A DNA stretch of 64,000 nt from a virus. Taxonomy: Duplodnaviria > Caudoviricetes. Positions 31,469-41,990 of the stretch are shown in pieces. The notes beneath the pieces were generated by a model, which saw only the letters and a list, made by a program, of their open reading frames with translations, had not been told where the DNA came from and did not search any database. Each line of letters starts with the position of its first letter. The first letter of the stretch is position 1. The DNA lies in IMG/VR virus record IMGVR_UViG_3300037400_001617; one strand, 5' to 3'. Made by a program: the position numbers and the translations under genes.

Positions 31469-34108
31469 TTACGTTTCTTTGATATCGATAACTCCAGGGA
31501 GTCCGATATACTTTTCTTCGAAGTTTACGGCTTCATCATAACTCTTATCTCCAGCGGTTGTAGGAGCTTTCTCGTTCCAATTAACCTTCATGTTATAGCG
31601 AAGTCTACTTCTCTGTCTTTCAAGAGCCCTTTGAGTTTGCATGATTGAACGTACTGCCTTGAGGTCATTCCTATCTTCGGCAAGACGCATATACTTATCA
31701 CACATCTTGAGCTCTATCTCAATGTCGTCAAGAATGATCTGACGCTCTTTCTTTTGAAGCTTCTTAGAAGTTCCAATAGCACCGAGTACACCAATAACTG
31801 CAATGGCAGGAGATACCAACCAAGCAGCACCAGTAACGAGTGCAGCCTTGATAGTCTTTGAAGCAGATGGAATCAGAGAACCTTTGATGATAGCTTCTCT
31901 TCTGTCATTAGTAAGAGCCCTCTCTGCAGCTTGAGCAAAGTGACCCATAGTAACGTCGATGTCCTTAGAGATCTTACGGTCTTTATCTTTGAGCTTAACA
32001 GCAGTCTTACCGAGTTTGTCTGCAGCAAGTTTAACCTTGTTAGACAGACTACTCTCGTTAAGAGCTTCTGTTCTACTGATGTCGAGAAGTTCAAGTACAT
32101 CCTGTACAGTCTCCTGGACATAGTGTGTATACTCATTAGTAGAGATGATATCAAGATCTGGAATAGAGTCATCTTCCTCCTGTTCCTTAAGAGCAGCGAT
32201 ATCTGCAAGTGCCAGATTGATAGGATCTATCTTAGCATACTTACCATATCCATTCTCAGAACGGAGACGATGTCTCTCATATTCAAGTATAGAAGCATAC
32301 TCCTTCACATCAAAGATGTCTCTGTTGAGAATGACAGCTTCTGTAAGTACAGGAATGCAGTCTGCAGTGACATAGTTGATGGAACGTCTTATAGTATTCA
32401 TGAGTTCGTTCTTATCCCAGTTCATAGACTCTACTAAGACAGAAGTATCGTCCAGATACTTATACATCTCATCCCATGAACCGAAGTCAAAGTCATCATC
32501 TGATGAAGAAGAGTCTTTGTTTCTCTTCTCATAACGCTCTTCTCTCTTCTTTTCGACCTCTTCATCTGTATAGAGAGTATCTTCTCTAGCTTCAAGTTTA
32601 TCTCTATCAGCTTCGAGTTTCTTAATGTACTCCTTATAGCGCTGTTTAGACTTTTCATCTTTAGTTTTATTGAGTTTGTCTTTATAGCGAGAGATCTCTT
32701 TGTCGTAAGCATCAACAACTTCTTTCATCTGCTTACGAGAGATATCCATCTTAAGGAAAGCACCAGTGATCAGACCGAAGATACCGAGGAATGGTGAAAA
32801 GGCAAACATGCCGATGACTGCTGCTCCTCTTACTACAGCGAAGATATCAGGAAGTTCCTTGACGATATTCTCTGGTGAGTTACAGAAGACTCTATGGAGA
32901 CACTTCTTCAGAGTCTGAATAGATTTGTTGTGAGACATCTTAAAGGCGTTAAGATCACCCTTGATTGTATTCTTCTTATCACCATTCAACTTCACCTTAG
33001 TTACAGTAGGCTTAATCTTCTTACCATTCTCATCCTTTCTTATAAGCTCCTTGTGCTTATCTGAATGAAACTCAAGGATAGTATCGATAGCCTCTTCTGT
33101 AGTAGTGATTGACTCATAATCTTCATCGAAGATATAAGCTATGGGAGCGAAGTCATCGTCATCGTAGAACTTAGAATTCTCTACAACGTACTTCATATCA
33201 TGAATGAGATCATCCATAGAGAACTCTTCCGAGTCTTGGTTGTTGAGCAAGAAGTAATCAGTAACAGCCTCGGCAATGAAGCTGTTCTCAAGAGGTATAC
33301 AGTTCTTGTTCATAAGATACATGATATTCTCAAGTGCAATACCATACTTAGCACCGACAGCGATATCATATGAATCTATAAGTGAACACAGCTCAAAGAT
33401 GCAGTCTCTATAAGAACCATCTTCTCTACGACATTCTCTGACAATCTTATCAAGATTGAATCTCTTTGAGAGTTTATCATGGTTATCTATGACACGATCA
33501 CATTGCTGATTCTTTTGAACACACTCGATCATTCTATTATAGCACTCTTCAACCATTTTCTCCTTAGGAGTCTTCTCTTCCTGTCCTTCTTCTCCTTCTG
33601 GAGTATTCTTCTTGACAGCTTCATCCTTACGCTGATTGAACATGTCATACTTATACTTACGGTTAGGGTGAAGAGTATTAACGTGGTGACCCTTATTCTC
33701 AAGGTCACGGGTAGTTACAGTAGCATTAGCATGTGTCTGCTTTTCGATCTTAGTGTTTGCTATCTTATGCTTACCCATCTTGTAGTTGTTAAGATGACGA
33801 AGAGCTTTACCGTCACGAACCTTGTGAAGTATTTTGCCTTCTATAAGTTCTGAAGCATTCTTGATGTGGGAAGGCGAGTCATTGTCGCATATCAGCTGGA
33901 ATAGTTCAAGAACTTCCTGAAAAGCAACAGATTCATCTCTAGATAGTCCTCTCCAGTTCTCAAGGACTATCTTAGCATTGTTGTAAGAGTATTGACTCTT
34001 AACGTGTCTGAACAGGGTCTTGATGTTCACGCTAGCGGGAGTCTCCGAGATGATACGGAGATTGTTACTACGCTCTTTGATATCCCTGGCAGTAAGTTTA
34101 GGCATCAC
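31469..34108 (-). CDS. large virion (internal head) protein
   Basis: 879 aa, late promoter at 34133-34145, coiled coils plus two hydrophobic segments, in the head module. Confidence 0.5.
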   Translation of the reverse strand: MMPKLTARDIKERSNNLRIISETPASVNIKTLFRHVKSQYSYNNAKIVLENWRGLSRDESVAFQEVLELFQLICDNDSPSHIKNASELIEGKILHKVRDGKALRHLNNYKMGKHKIANTKIEKQTHANATVTTRDLENKGHHVNTLHPNRKYKYDMFNQRKDEAVKKNTPEGEEGQEEKTPKEKMVEECYNRMIECVQKNQQCDRVIDNHDKLSKRFNLDKIVRECRREDGSYRDCIFELCSLIDSYDIAVGAKYGIALENIMYLMNKNCIPLENSFIAEAVTDYFLLNNQDSEEFSMDDLIHDMKYVVENSKFYDDDDFAPIAYIFDEDYESITTTEEAIDTILEFHSDKHKELIRKDENGKKIKPTVTKVKLNGDKKNTIKGDLNAFKMSHNKSIQTLKKCLHRVFCNSPENIVKELPDIFAVVRGAAVIGMFAFSPFLGIFGLITGAFLKMDISRKQMKEVVDAYDKEISRYKDKLNKTKDEKSKQRYKEYIKKLEADRDKLEAREDTLYTDEEVEKKREERYEKRNKDSSSSDDDFDFGSWDEMYKYLDDTSVLVESMNWDKNELMNTIRRSINYVTADCIPVLTEAVILNRDIFDVKEYASILEYERHRLRSENGYGKYAKIDPINLALADIAALKEQEEDDSIPDLDIISTNEYTHYVQETVQDVLELLDISRTEALNESSLSNKVKLAADKLGKTAVKLKDKDRKISKDIDVTMGHFAQAAERALTNDRREAIIKGSLIPSASKTIKAALVTGAAWLVSPAIAVIGVLGAIGTSKKLQKKERQIILDDIEIELKMCDKYMRLAEDRNDLKAVRSIMQTQRALERQRSRLRYNMKVNWNEKAPTTAGDKSYDEAVNFEEKYIGLPGVIDIKET

Positions 34109-34248
34109 GATTCCTCCTTTTTGGTATTGAATTTATTATAAAGTTGACTCTGAACGGATTGAGTTGGGAGCGATTGTAAAGGTGAGAAAGTAGAGTTGTA
34201 TACTATTGTAGTGTAGGAATACAAAATCTCTTCCATCTTGAAAGGAGA

Positions 34249-34602
34249 ATGGATATGTTAAACACAAATATCATAAACACTTTCGCCGACTCAGCAAACC
34301 CAGAGATTGCAGATAAGCTTAGCGAAGTGCTGAAGAAGCATCTTACTAAGATAAACGATCTCACAACTGAAGCTATGAAAGCTTCATTAGACGAACCAGA
34401 TCCTGAGAAGTCTCTCAAGACCCTCCAGCTTAAGAAGAAAGACGCAAATAAAGAAATCATAAACCTCTACAATCTTCTCATCGATCTTTACAAGAGTGAT
34501 AAGTTTATAGCTTCAGCAGGAGCTGATAAATGTAAAGAAAGAATAGAGTACTTTGAGGAAAGCATCAGAAGAATGAATGAAGAAATAGAGGGAACCCACT
34601 AA
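34249..34602 (+). CDS. hypothetical coiled-coil protein
   Basis: 117 aa, AAAGGAG RBS, TTGTATACTATT motif upstream, hairpin at its end. Confidence 0.55.
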   Translation: MDMLNTNIINTFADSANPEIADKLSEVLKKHLTKINDLTTEAMKASLDEPDPEKSLKTLQLKKKDANKEIINLYNLLIDLYKSDKFIASAGADKCKERIEYFEESIRRMNEEIEGTH

Positions 34603-34641
34603 GGGTTCCCTCATATCTCTGTATCACGTTGTACTTTCTTT

Positions 34642-36457
34642 TTAGTTATCTGAAGCGTCATGAGGACGTCTCATGCTCTCTTCGGCTCTCTTTGCGTCGT
34701 TCCATGTAACTACATCGCCGACAAGATAGCCCGTTATTCGTCTGATTCTCTCGAATCTAATATGGTCTTCTGATTCCTTACGTCCACAGCATGGACAAGT
34801 ATCACCGATGATACCTGTGTAACCACATACAGGGTCTCTATCTACAGGATGGTTGATAGCACCGTAGCCGATTCCCTGATCATGCATGCAACGTACTACC
34901 TTTTCGATAGAAGTTACATTCTCTGATGTGTCTCCGTCGAACTCGATGTATGTGATATGACCAGCATTAGTAAGCTCATGGAAAGGAGCTTCAAGCTTGA
35001 TCTTGTCGTATGCAGAGATCTTGAAGTTTACAGGAATGTGGAATGAGTTAGTATAGAACTCCTTATCTGTTACTCCTTCGATAACACCGAACTTCTTTCT
35101 GTCGATTCTAAGGAATCTACCACAAAGTCCTTCTGCAGGAGTAGCAAGAAGTGAGAAGTTAAGTCCAGTCTCTTCAGCCATCTGATCTGTTATGTTTCGC
35201 ATGAACTTGACGATGTTGATAGCTTTCTGTTCATACTCCTCACCTTCACCATGATGGTGTCCATACAGACACTTCATAGCTTCAGCGATACCAATGAATC
35301 CTATAGAGAGTGTACCGTTCTTGATAACTTCTCTCACCTCATCTGTCCACTTGAGTTTATCAGAGCCGATCCATACTCCCTGTCCCATAAGGAATGGGAA
35401 GTTATAGACATGTCTCTTAGCCTGAATCTCAAATCTTTCAAGAAGCTGAGACTTAGCAACTTCCATATAGTATCTGAGATCATTGAAGAACTTCTCTTCT
35501 GAACCTCCAGACTCTATAGCGAGTCTAGGGAGATTGATAGAGGTGAATGAGAGGTTACCTCTACCATGAGTAATCTCATTGTTAGGATCATAGTGATTAC
35601 CGATAACTCTTGTACGGCAGTTATGTGATACAATACCAGAGACATCGAATCTATCAGATGCAGTCTCTACATCATATCCATCTTCCTTCATATCAAGAAC
35701 TGAATACTCTACGACTTCTGAAGAGTTGAGTGTAGTCATGAAGTCTGATCCATCCCAATACTCAGAATCGAATACCACGTTAGCAGGTCCCACTACAGCG
35801 ATCTTATCGCCGATTTCGATATCTGCTACTGGTGTTCTTACAAATGTCTTGTCTTCTGTCTTAGACAGTACAGGAAGCGGATGGTCATCTGTAGCAGTAA
35901 TGATTCTTCCGTTAGCAAGTTTGATTCGAACCCAGTTAGTCATCTTAGGAGTAACCATTACCTTTCTACAAGGAACGAATCCTCCACTGGATGTATCATA
36001 GATATCAACGTCGCCGTCGACATCGATGTATTTAGAGATTCCGAATGTCTCAATCTTGAAATGAGCAGAGAGCTTCTCATACATCTTCTTGAATGTATGC
36101 TTGTACTCTTTATTATTGTAACGATAGTATACTTCATGGTCTCCTGTAACAGATCCCATGTAAGCTATCTCTGTTTCAGGACGTCCCTCAACATAGTACT
36201 GTTTGTTGAATGGAGCATCGATGAATGAGAAGTTAGGGAAGAGTCTACGAGATGTAACCTCACAAGCCTGCTTGAAGAGGTCGTAGTTAGGATCTTCCTT
36301 ATTGTAGTTGATTCCCTCTTTTACCTTGAAGATAACGATTGGGAAGATAGCAGTCTCTCCATGTCCAAGACCTTCATTCATAGCCTTGAGGAGATTCTTG
36401 GTAACCATTCTTCCTGCAGGAGAAGTGTCAGTTCCAAGATTTACACTAGAGAAAGGT
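34642..36457 (-). CDS. nrdD: anaerobic ribonucleoside-triphosphate reductase, exon 2 (contains a mini-intein)
   Basis: Begins ...PFSSVNLGTDTSPAGRMVT. Contains IFPI, YMG|CRT, GRGNLSFTSINLPR, ATPAEGL, YTNSFH, GHITY, a C-terminal Cys cluster and RITGYL (glycyl radical). Confidence 0.95.
35620..36153 (-). mobile_element. mini-intein (178 aa, Ser-initiated, no endonuclease) in NrdD
   Basis: Splits the conserved YMG|CRT. Starts SVTGDHEV, block B ITATDDHPL, block F GYDVETASDRF, ends SHN followed by Cys. Confidence 0.9.
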
Positions 36458-37703
36458 CAGTTGTGTTATCGTATAGGCTTTTTATCCTATACTTCTGGAG
36501 GTCACCCTCATACGATTTACTAAGAATCGATACGTCTGTCAATTCAGACCAGCTCAGCGTACATTTCTACCCTCGTCATTACGTTAGGACCACGGGGCGC
36601 AACTCCCGTAGCAATGCCCTATAGACATTGTATCGGATACTCTTGGTGGGATTATATTCCTCTCGGTGTTGAGGTTTCACCCACTACGCGTTACGATACT
36701 GATACTTGTTAGAGTATCAGTTATCTCGGTATTAACTTACACGATCATGTTTTCTTCTCTAAAGAAAGATTCGAATCTTGTTTTCTTTCTATGTAAGAAG
36801 ATGGTTGCATTAGTGTAGATGTAATTGTAGAATCTTACTATATCATCTTTACGTCGAAGTCTGATCGATCTGAGCCATGGTGTGTTCTTTTGGTTGTTGT
36901 AGGAAAATGAAGACACACCTATTAAATTGGTATATATCCAGGTTAGATCATCCATGACATTTGGCCATGCCACAATATCAATACAACCTCTTTGGCTATT
37001 ACATACTTTTCTTTCTGGATGAGTTAGTCCGTAAGAGAAACTTCCATCTCCATCGAAGTATCCTCTTAGGAGATGTGGTATCAATGTATATGGTAACAAT
37101 GGTAGTTCCCTAAACATTTTGCCTACGCACATTCCGTAATTGTCTAGATCGTTAGCCATGATATAGCTATAGATAGAAGCTTGATAGCACACACTGTATT
37201 CTTCTCCAGCATCTGAACGATGTTTTACTTGCCTAAGTATTTGATTTGGAGAATTGATAGCATTAGCAAAGTATTCTACCATATATCTATCTTGTTCTTG
37301 CAAGGACAATGCTATCTTTGGGCATTTAGAGCCTCCTTTTGTATCATAGGAGACACAACCGTCTGCTATAAGTAGTCCTAATAGATAAGCTTGCTCTTCA
37401 GTTCTTATCAATGAGAAGTAATCTTCTATAGCATCTCTATTGTGGATCTGTTGCTTGGTATGCATATCGACATTCTGTGCCTTAAGTATCCTTCGTATTG
37501 TTTCAGAACAATATGGATACATTTCAGACATCTCTTGTAGTGAGTATGGATAGCTACGGTATCTGTTAATTATCTCTTCTTTGATATATCTTGGTATTTT
37601 CATCAGAATCCCTCCTTTCTTGTAAAGTTATGATACGTGTAAGTCTTCACCGATATTACCCGAGCTCTGTATAAGGTTTCCCTTATACTAGGCAACTTTC
37701 TTT
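36458..37703 (-). ncRNA. group I self-splicing intron (1246 nt) in nrdD
   Basis: Removing it joins CAG-GT|A-CCT-TTC to restore HSRAGAQVPFSS in frame. The 5' exon ends in U and the intron ends in G. P1 AGGU/GCCU with a U-G pair, P2 GUAUAAGG-GAAA-CCUUAUAC, P/Q-like UAUCGGUGAA...AAUACCGAGAUA, P7-like GCGUA/UACGC. Confidence 0.9.
36737..37603 (-). CDS. intron-encoded LAGLIDADG homing endonuclease
   Basis: Two motifs, YLLGLLIADG and LLRGYFDGDG; own RBS AAAGGAGG; entirely inside the intron. Confidence 0.9.
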   Translation of the reverse strand: MKIPRYIKEEIINRYRSYPYSLQEMSEMYPYCSETIRRILKAQNVDMHTKQQIHNRDAIEDYFSLIRTEEQAYLLGLLIADGCVSYDTKGGSKCPKIALSLQEQDRYMVEYFANAINSPNQILRQVKHRSDAGEEYSVCYQASIYSYIMANDLDNYGMCVGKMFRELPLLPYTLIPHLLRGYFDGDGSFSYGLTHPERKVCNSQRGCIDIVAWPNVMDDLTWIYTNLIGVSSFSYNNQKNTPWLRSIRLRRKDDIVRFYNYIYTNATIFLHRKKTRFESFFREENMIV

Positions 37704-38854
37704 ACCTGTGCGCCTGCTCTGGAGTGCATTGTATTGAGATTGTGTACAAATGCTTCCATAGCCTGATGTGTTTCTTTGTCAGTGTCTTTGTATGCATTAT
37801 CCAATGAAGTCTGAATAGTCTTATCGAGATAGGATACTACATTGACGTCATCGCTAGACACAATATTATTCTCCTCAAGCTTCTTAGCTATCTCATAGAT
37901 GGCTTTATGAGTAATAGGAGTCATCTTTGTGCTGAGTTGTCCTCTGAGACTTTCAAGTATGAAGTTCTCCATCTCTGGCATTAACTCGTCTAACTTCTTT
38001 CGTGCTTCCCCTCCAGGAGTTATGTAGTACGAGAATGCGAAGTCGAAGAGCTTGCTGAAGTTATCCTTGAAATGCTTTGCAAAACTCTTATCTACATACT
38101 TAGCGAGACCGTAGTCGAGGTTAGGAATGCTCTGTCCGCCGTGACAGTCATTCTGGTCACTCTGTATAGCTATAGCAGCCAATGCAGCTGCTGACAGTAT
38201 AGTAGCAGGTTCTCTAAGGTATCCATGGCCAGTATTGAAACCACCCTCGAGGATCTTCTTAGCGTCGATCTGGCAGCAAGTAACAGTGAGGTCATAGAAG
38301 TCAAGATCATGTATATGTATATGACCATCTCTATGAGCTGTAGCTGCTGTGCGATTGATACGATTGTCAAGATAATACTCCTTAGATACATTAGCTCCAA
38401 TCTGAAGCATAGTACCCATAGCAGTATCGCCGTTTACATTGGCATTATCACGTTTAAGATTGCTGTCTTCAGAGCTCTTACCGAGGATCTCTTCCATACA
38501 CTCAGCAGTCTTGTTACGAGTGTTACGGATCTCGTCACGCTTCTTACGATAGAGGATATACTCTTTTGCTGTATCAGCATATCCTTTCTTGATAAGAACC
38601 CGTTCAACAAGATCCTGTATGCGTTCTACATGTATCCTTCCAGGTTCATGGTTAAGGAAAGTGTCTACCTCATCTATTACAGCGTCAACAACTTCGTTGT
38701 TCTTAGCGCTATACATGGGGTCTTTGGTTGGGTCGAATGATTGATGAGATGCTTTCACTGCTTTGGTAACAGCAACAGAGATATTCACCCTATTGAAGGG
38801 AACTACCTTACCGTCACGTTTTTCAACAGTGACATTCTCAAGATTCTTTGTCAT
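37704..38854 (-). CDS. nrdD: anaerobic ribonucleoside-triphosphate reductase, exon 1 (ATP cone)
   Basis: VEKRDG ATP cone, DNAN, HIHIHDLDFY, TCCQID, QNDCHGGQS, LNTMHSRAGAQ. Confidence 0.95.
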
Positions 38855-38908
38855 GCTAGAATTCCTCCTTTAATTATATTATAAGAGGGTTGTGGGCCCT
38901 GTTATTGC

Positions 38909-40210
38909 TTACTGAATAGAAGTCCTTGACTTGTCAATGCCTTTATCAATGATACGCTGATCATTCAGGTAGAGAGTATCGATGTAAATGACTATGCTCG
39001 TAATAAGTTTAGGAGGATAACCCTTTACCGAGAGCATCATAGTCTTCCAATTCATCTCAGTCTCAAGGAAATCGTCATCACAATAGACTCTGATATCCAT
39101 AAAGACTTCTGGTGATATGAAACGATTCTTGTGTTTGTTGATGAACTTGAGAAGTTCTCCTTCAAACAACTCTCCCATATTAATCTCGAATGGTCCTGGT
39201 GCATCAGCCTGGTAGTCGGACTCTATATACTTTAACCATCCTCTTTCGTTCATATCTGGTGGTGGAGTTCCCTGCTTGAATGCTATCATGAGAGCTCCAT
39301 CTATAGCGTATGCTGACTTGGTTTGAGTAGAATATATCTGTTGTGTCTTGGTATGATATACATAAAGCTGCATACCAGGGAAACGAACGTTGATATTCAT
39401 CTCTATACCGAAGTCTGAGAGAAGATGTCCTGTTCTATTACCGTCATCTTTAGAGATAGATTCAAAACCTACTCTTACGGGGAGATCGTCCATACGTACA
39501 TAGTAGTCTTCTCTACCTGTCATATTATTAAACCTGAAGAGAATCGGCAAAAAAGAATGCTGATTGAGCCATGTAAGGAACTCTATAGGGTTCTTGATTC
39601 TGGCATTCTCGCAGTCTATCTTGAAACCAGCATCTGATGCCACGCTCAGCATCAGACTGTAAGGAATAAGATAGTCGTTAGTAGCGTCTCTGGTCTCCGA
39701 AAGACCAATTCTGAAAGCAAGTTTCATGAACTTGAAAAGGTCAAGTTGCTTAGCCCTAGTAGGACACTTGATTCTAAAGGTAAAGTTCATGAGTTCCATT
39801 TCCATCTTCATCATTAAGTAACGATGATTGATTGGATCTTGGATGAATGAACGGTCTATAGGAGTAGTATTTACAAACATCTCCAGACCAAAGAGATTAG
39901 TATCGATCATTGAACGGTCATACGTGTCGTCCAATTGACATGACATAGTACATGTACATGTGTCATCGCTTCCTTTAACGATAACTTTGTCCTTAGGAAG
40001 TCTTACGGTCTCACCAAAGACATTACTTCCGTCGACAAAAAAGTAAGAGAAGAAGTCCTTAGGGAACTTTTCGAGAAACCACTTCTTCACATACTCTATA
40101 CACACGGCATAGTTGTGAGACAGTGGAGCTACAGTACAGTAGTGATTCAGAATGTCCTCTTGTATATACCTATGGAACTGTACAGGAGTGTATCTATGTG
40201 ACATATACAA
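38909..40210 (-). CDS. hypothetical protein, possibly virion structural
   Basis: 433 aa, late-type promoter at 40243-40255, AAAGGAG RBS. Confidence 0.5.
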   Translation of the reverse strand: MYMSHRYTPVQFHRYIQEDILNHYCTVAPLSHNYAVCIEYVKKWFLEKFPKDFFSYFFVDGSNVFGETVRLPKDKVIVKGSDDTCTCTMSCQLDDTYDRSMIDTNLFGLEMFVNTTPIDRSFIQDPINHRYLMMKMEMELMNFTFRIKCPTRAKQLDLFKFMKLAFRIGLSETRDATNDYLIPYSLMLSVASDAGFKIDCENARIKNPIEFLTWLNQHSFLPILFRFNNMTGREDYYVRMDDLPVRVGFESISKDDGNRTGHLLSDFGIEMNINVRFPGMQLYVYHTKTQQIYSTQTKSAYAIDGALMIAFKQGTPPPDMNERGWLKYIESDYQADAPGPFEINMGELFEGELLKFINKHKNRFISPEVFMDIRVYCDDDFLETEMNWKTMMLSVKGYPPKLITSIVIYIDTLYLNDQRIIDKGIDKSRTSIQ

Positions 40211-40280
40211 CTCTCCTTTCTAGTAAAAATAAACTGGTGGTTTTACTCAGATGTTCGAGCTCTACCACCAGTCATTTTTC

Positions 40281-40700
40281 TTACTTCTGCTGTTTATTCA
40301 TAAGAGCACAATACTCTTCAAATCCTATCAGACGTTCAAAGTCGTCGTCTGAAGGCTGCCATGGAACAACCTTCTCCGACTCCATATACGAAACTATGGC
40401 TATGAACTTCTGTCCAGGGAGTGTCTGAGGATCCTCTTCTGTGTTGTAGCTTTCATCGTAGCATTTTAACGTATAGAAAAGGATTCCACAACCCATGTAG
40501 TCCTGCATTACATTAATGACTTCACACAAAGCTTTGCAGGTTTCTCCAGTATAAGGGTTGATGGTATTGCGATCGTAGTAGGTGACAAGATCGCCCATCT
40601 TAAGCATGATAGGTGTTCTGTCATTTCCCTTCTGTATAACGCTTTTGGATGCGTTACGTACAAACTGCTGAGGGTTTATATTATTATACATAAAAATCAC
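40281..40700 (-). CDS. hypothetical protein
   Basis: 139-aa ORF overlapping the upstream gene. Confidence 0.5.
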   Translation of the reverse strand: MIFMYNNINPQQFVRNASKSVIQKGNDRTPIMLKMGDLVTYYDRNTINPYTGETCKALCEVINVMQDYMGCGILFYTLKCYDESYNTEEDPQTLPGQKFIAIVSYMESEKVVPWQPSDDDFERLIGFEEYCALMNKQQK

Positions 40701-41121
40701 TCTTTCTTGCTCGGTTTAGTGCTCTCTTTCTCTCGAGCTCTGTTATGTCTTCCGATGCATTCACATCATCGATGGAAACGTTCTCCTGACGATCTATACC
40801 ACGTATGATACCAGAAGCGACGATATCGAGGTTGCGAGCACTTGCATCCTCTATTATCATCTTGACTATTTCTACAGAGTTAGGACCTGTAAGATACTGG
40901 TTCTCTCTGTGATCTTCTGCCTCGAAGTACTCTATCGAGTACTCGTATGGCCCATGCATATAGATAATCTTTGATGAGTTCTTATCCTGCTCAAAGATTG
41001 TTATCTTACTGAATTTTATGATATATCCCGAGTTCAGCAAGATGGTCGTATTTGTTCCGTCAACAGTCTGAGGATGTAAGGTCGGATAGTTGGCAGAGAC
41101 AATCTTATCGATTTCGTTCAT
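40684..41121 (-). CDS. hypothetical protein
   Basis: Start moved to MNEIDK (41121) after GAAAGGTGGTG. Confidence 0.5.
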   Translation of the reverse strand: MNEIDKIVSANYPTLHPQTVDGTNTTILLNSGYIIKFSKITIFEQDKNSSKIIYMHGPYEYSIEYFEAEDHRENQYLTGPNSVEIVKMIIEDASARNLDIVASGIIRGIDRQENVSIDDVNASEDITELERKRALNRARKSDFYV

Positions 41122-41122
41122 A

Positions 41123-41830
41123 TCATAACACCACCTTTCCATCGATTTTGTCAAAGGTGTAGTCGTAGAGGTCTTTGAACTCTCCATACTCACCAGCAAA
41201 TTCGCCAGAGTTCTCCTTAACAGTGATCAATACGTCATCGATTGAACCTGTTTCGGTTGTGGTGTCACAGAAGTTATCGTTATACACATACTTCTTAGCA
41301 GCCAAGATTGCAGCTTCTTCAGAGTCTTTTGCCTTGACCTTTACTGTGTGATGTATAACTTCTTCAATACAAACATCGAATTCCTCCTCGTCTTCATGGA
41401 GGAAATCTGAGATTGTCATGAACTCCTGATCTTCTGGAGCATCATGTTGGTTTTCACAATCCCAAAGTTTGTCGTACATATCCTGTCTCTCTTCACCATT
41501 GAGAGAATAGTATATGTCTTTTGGTGTTTCGGTAGTCTTTCTTGTGTCTGATAAGATATCTTCTTTTGCTAACAGAGACCCGCATCTATTAACTATAACC
41601 TTATCTTCGATTGTTGCAGGCATATCTGGGTCTGCATCACATCCCCTAACGGCAAAGTAATGTGTGCCTTCTGGAAGGAACTTGTAGAGTTCGTTGAACT
41701 CTCTTCCTGTCGTCATAAGGACTTTCTTATCGAGTACATTCTTCGCTAAGAACTCTTCGGTAAAGATTCTTCTCTCGTCCTCTTCAGTAGGCTCTGTATA
41801 GCCGCTTTCTGTGTAATCAAACTTATTCAT
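41123..41830 (-). CDS. LPD28-like plus DpnD/PcfM-like two-domain protein
   Basis: LPEGTHYFAVRGCDADPDMPATIEDKVIVNRCGSLL resembles LPD28; FDVCIEEVIHHTVKVKAKDSEEAA resembles DpnD/PcfM. Start at 41830 after AGGAGG. Confidence 0.55.
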   Translation of the reverse strand: MNKFDYTESGYTEPTEEDERRIFTEEFLAKNVLDKKVLMTTGREFNELYKFLPEGTHYFAVRGCDADPDMPATIEDKVIVNRCGSLLAKEDILSDTRKTTETPKDIYYSLNGEERQDMYDKLWDCENQHDAPEDQEFMTISDFLHEDEEEFDVCIEEVIHHTVKVKAKDSEEAAILAAKKYVYNDNFCDTTTETGSIDDVLITVKENSGEFAGEYGEFKDLYDYTFDKIDGKVVL

Positions 41831-41990
41831 GGTTTTCCTCCTGTTCATTTTCGAGTATGACTATCTGTCTGTTTACTTCGTCTAAACGTTCTTTGAGTTG
41901 ATCCTGAGATGATGGATGCCTACATTCCTCCATCATTATCTCCAACTCTTCTCTTGCGATATAGAGTCTTGCGAGATCGTCCATACTCAT
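41823..41990 (-). CDS. small hypothetical coiled-coil protein (55 aa, missed by the ORF track)
   Basis: MSMDDLARLYIAREELEIMMEECRHPSSQDQLKERLDEVNRQIVILENEQEENHE*. GAAGGAG RBS, ATGA overlap with the upstream gene, and it fills the gap exactly. Confidence 0.6.
   Translation of the reverse strand: MSMDDLARLYIAREELEIMMEECRHPSSQDQLKERLDEVNRQIVILENEQEENHE

Noticed and set aside
37688-37703. nrdD as a truncated pseudogene (stop after ...AQVKKVA)
   Set aside because: The stop lies inside the group I intron; splicing restores the frame exactly.
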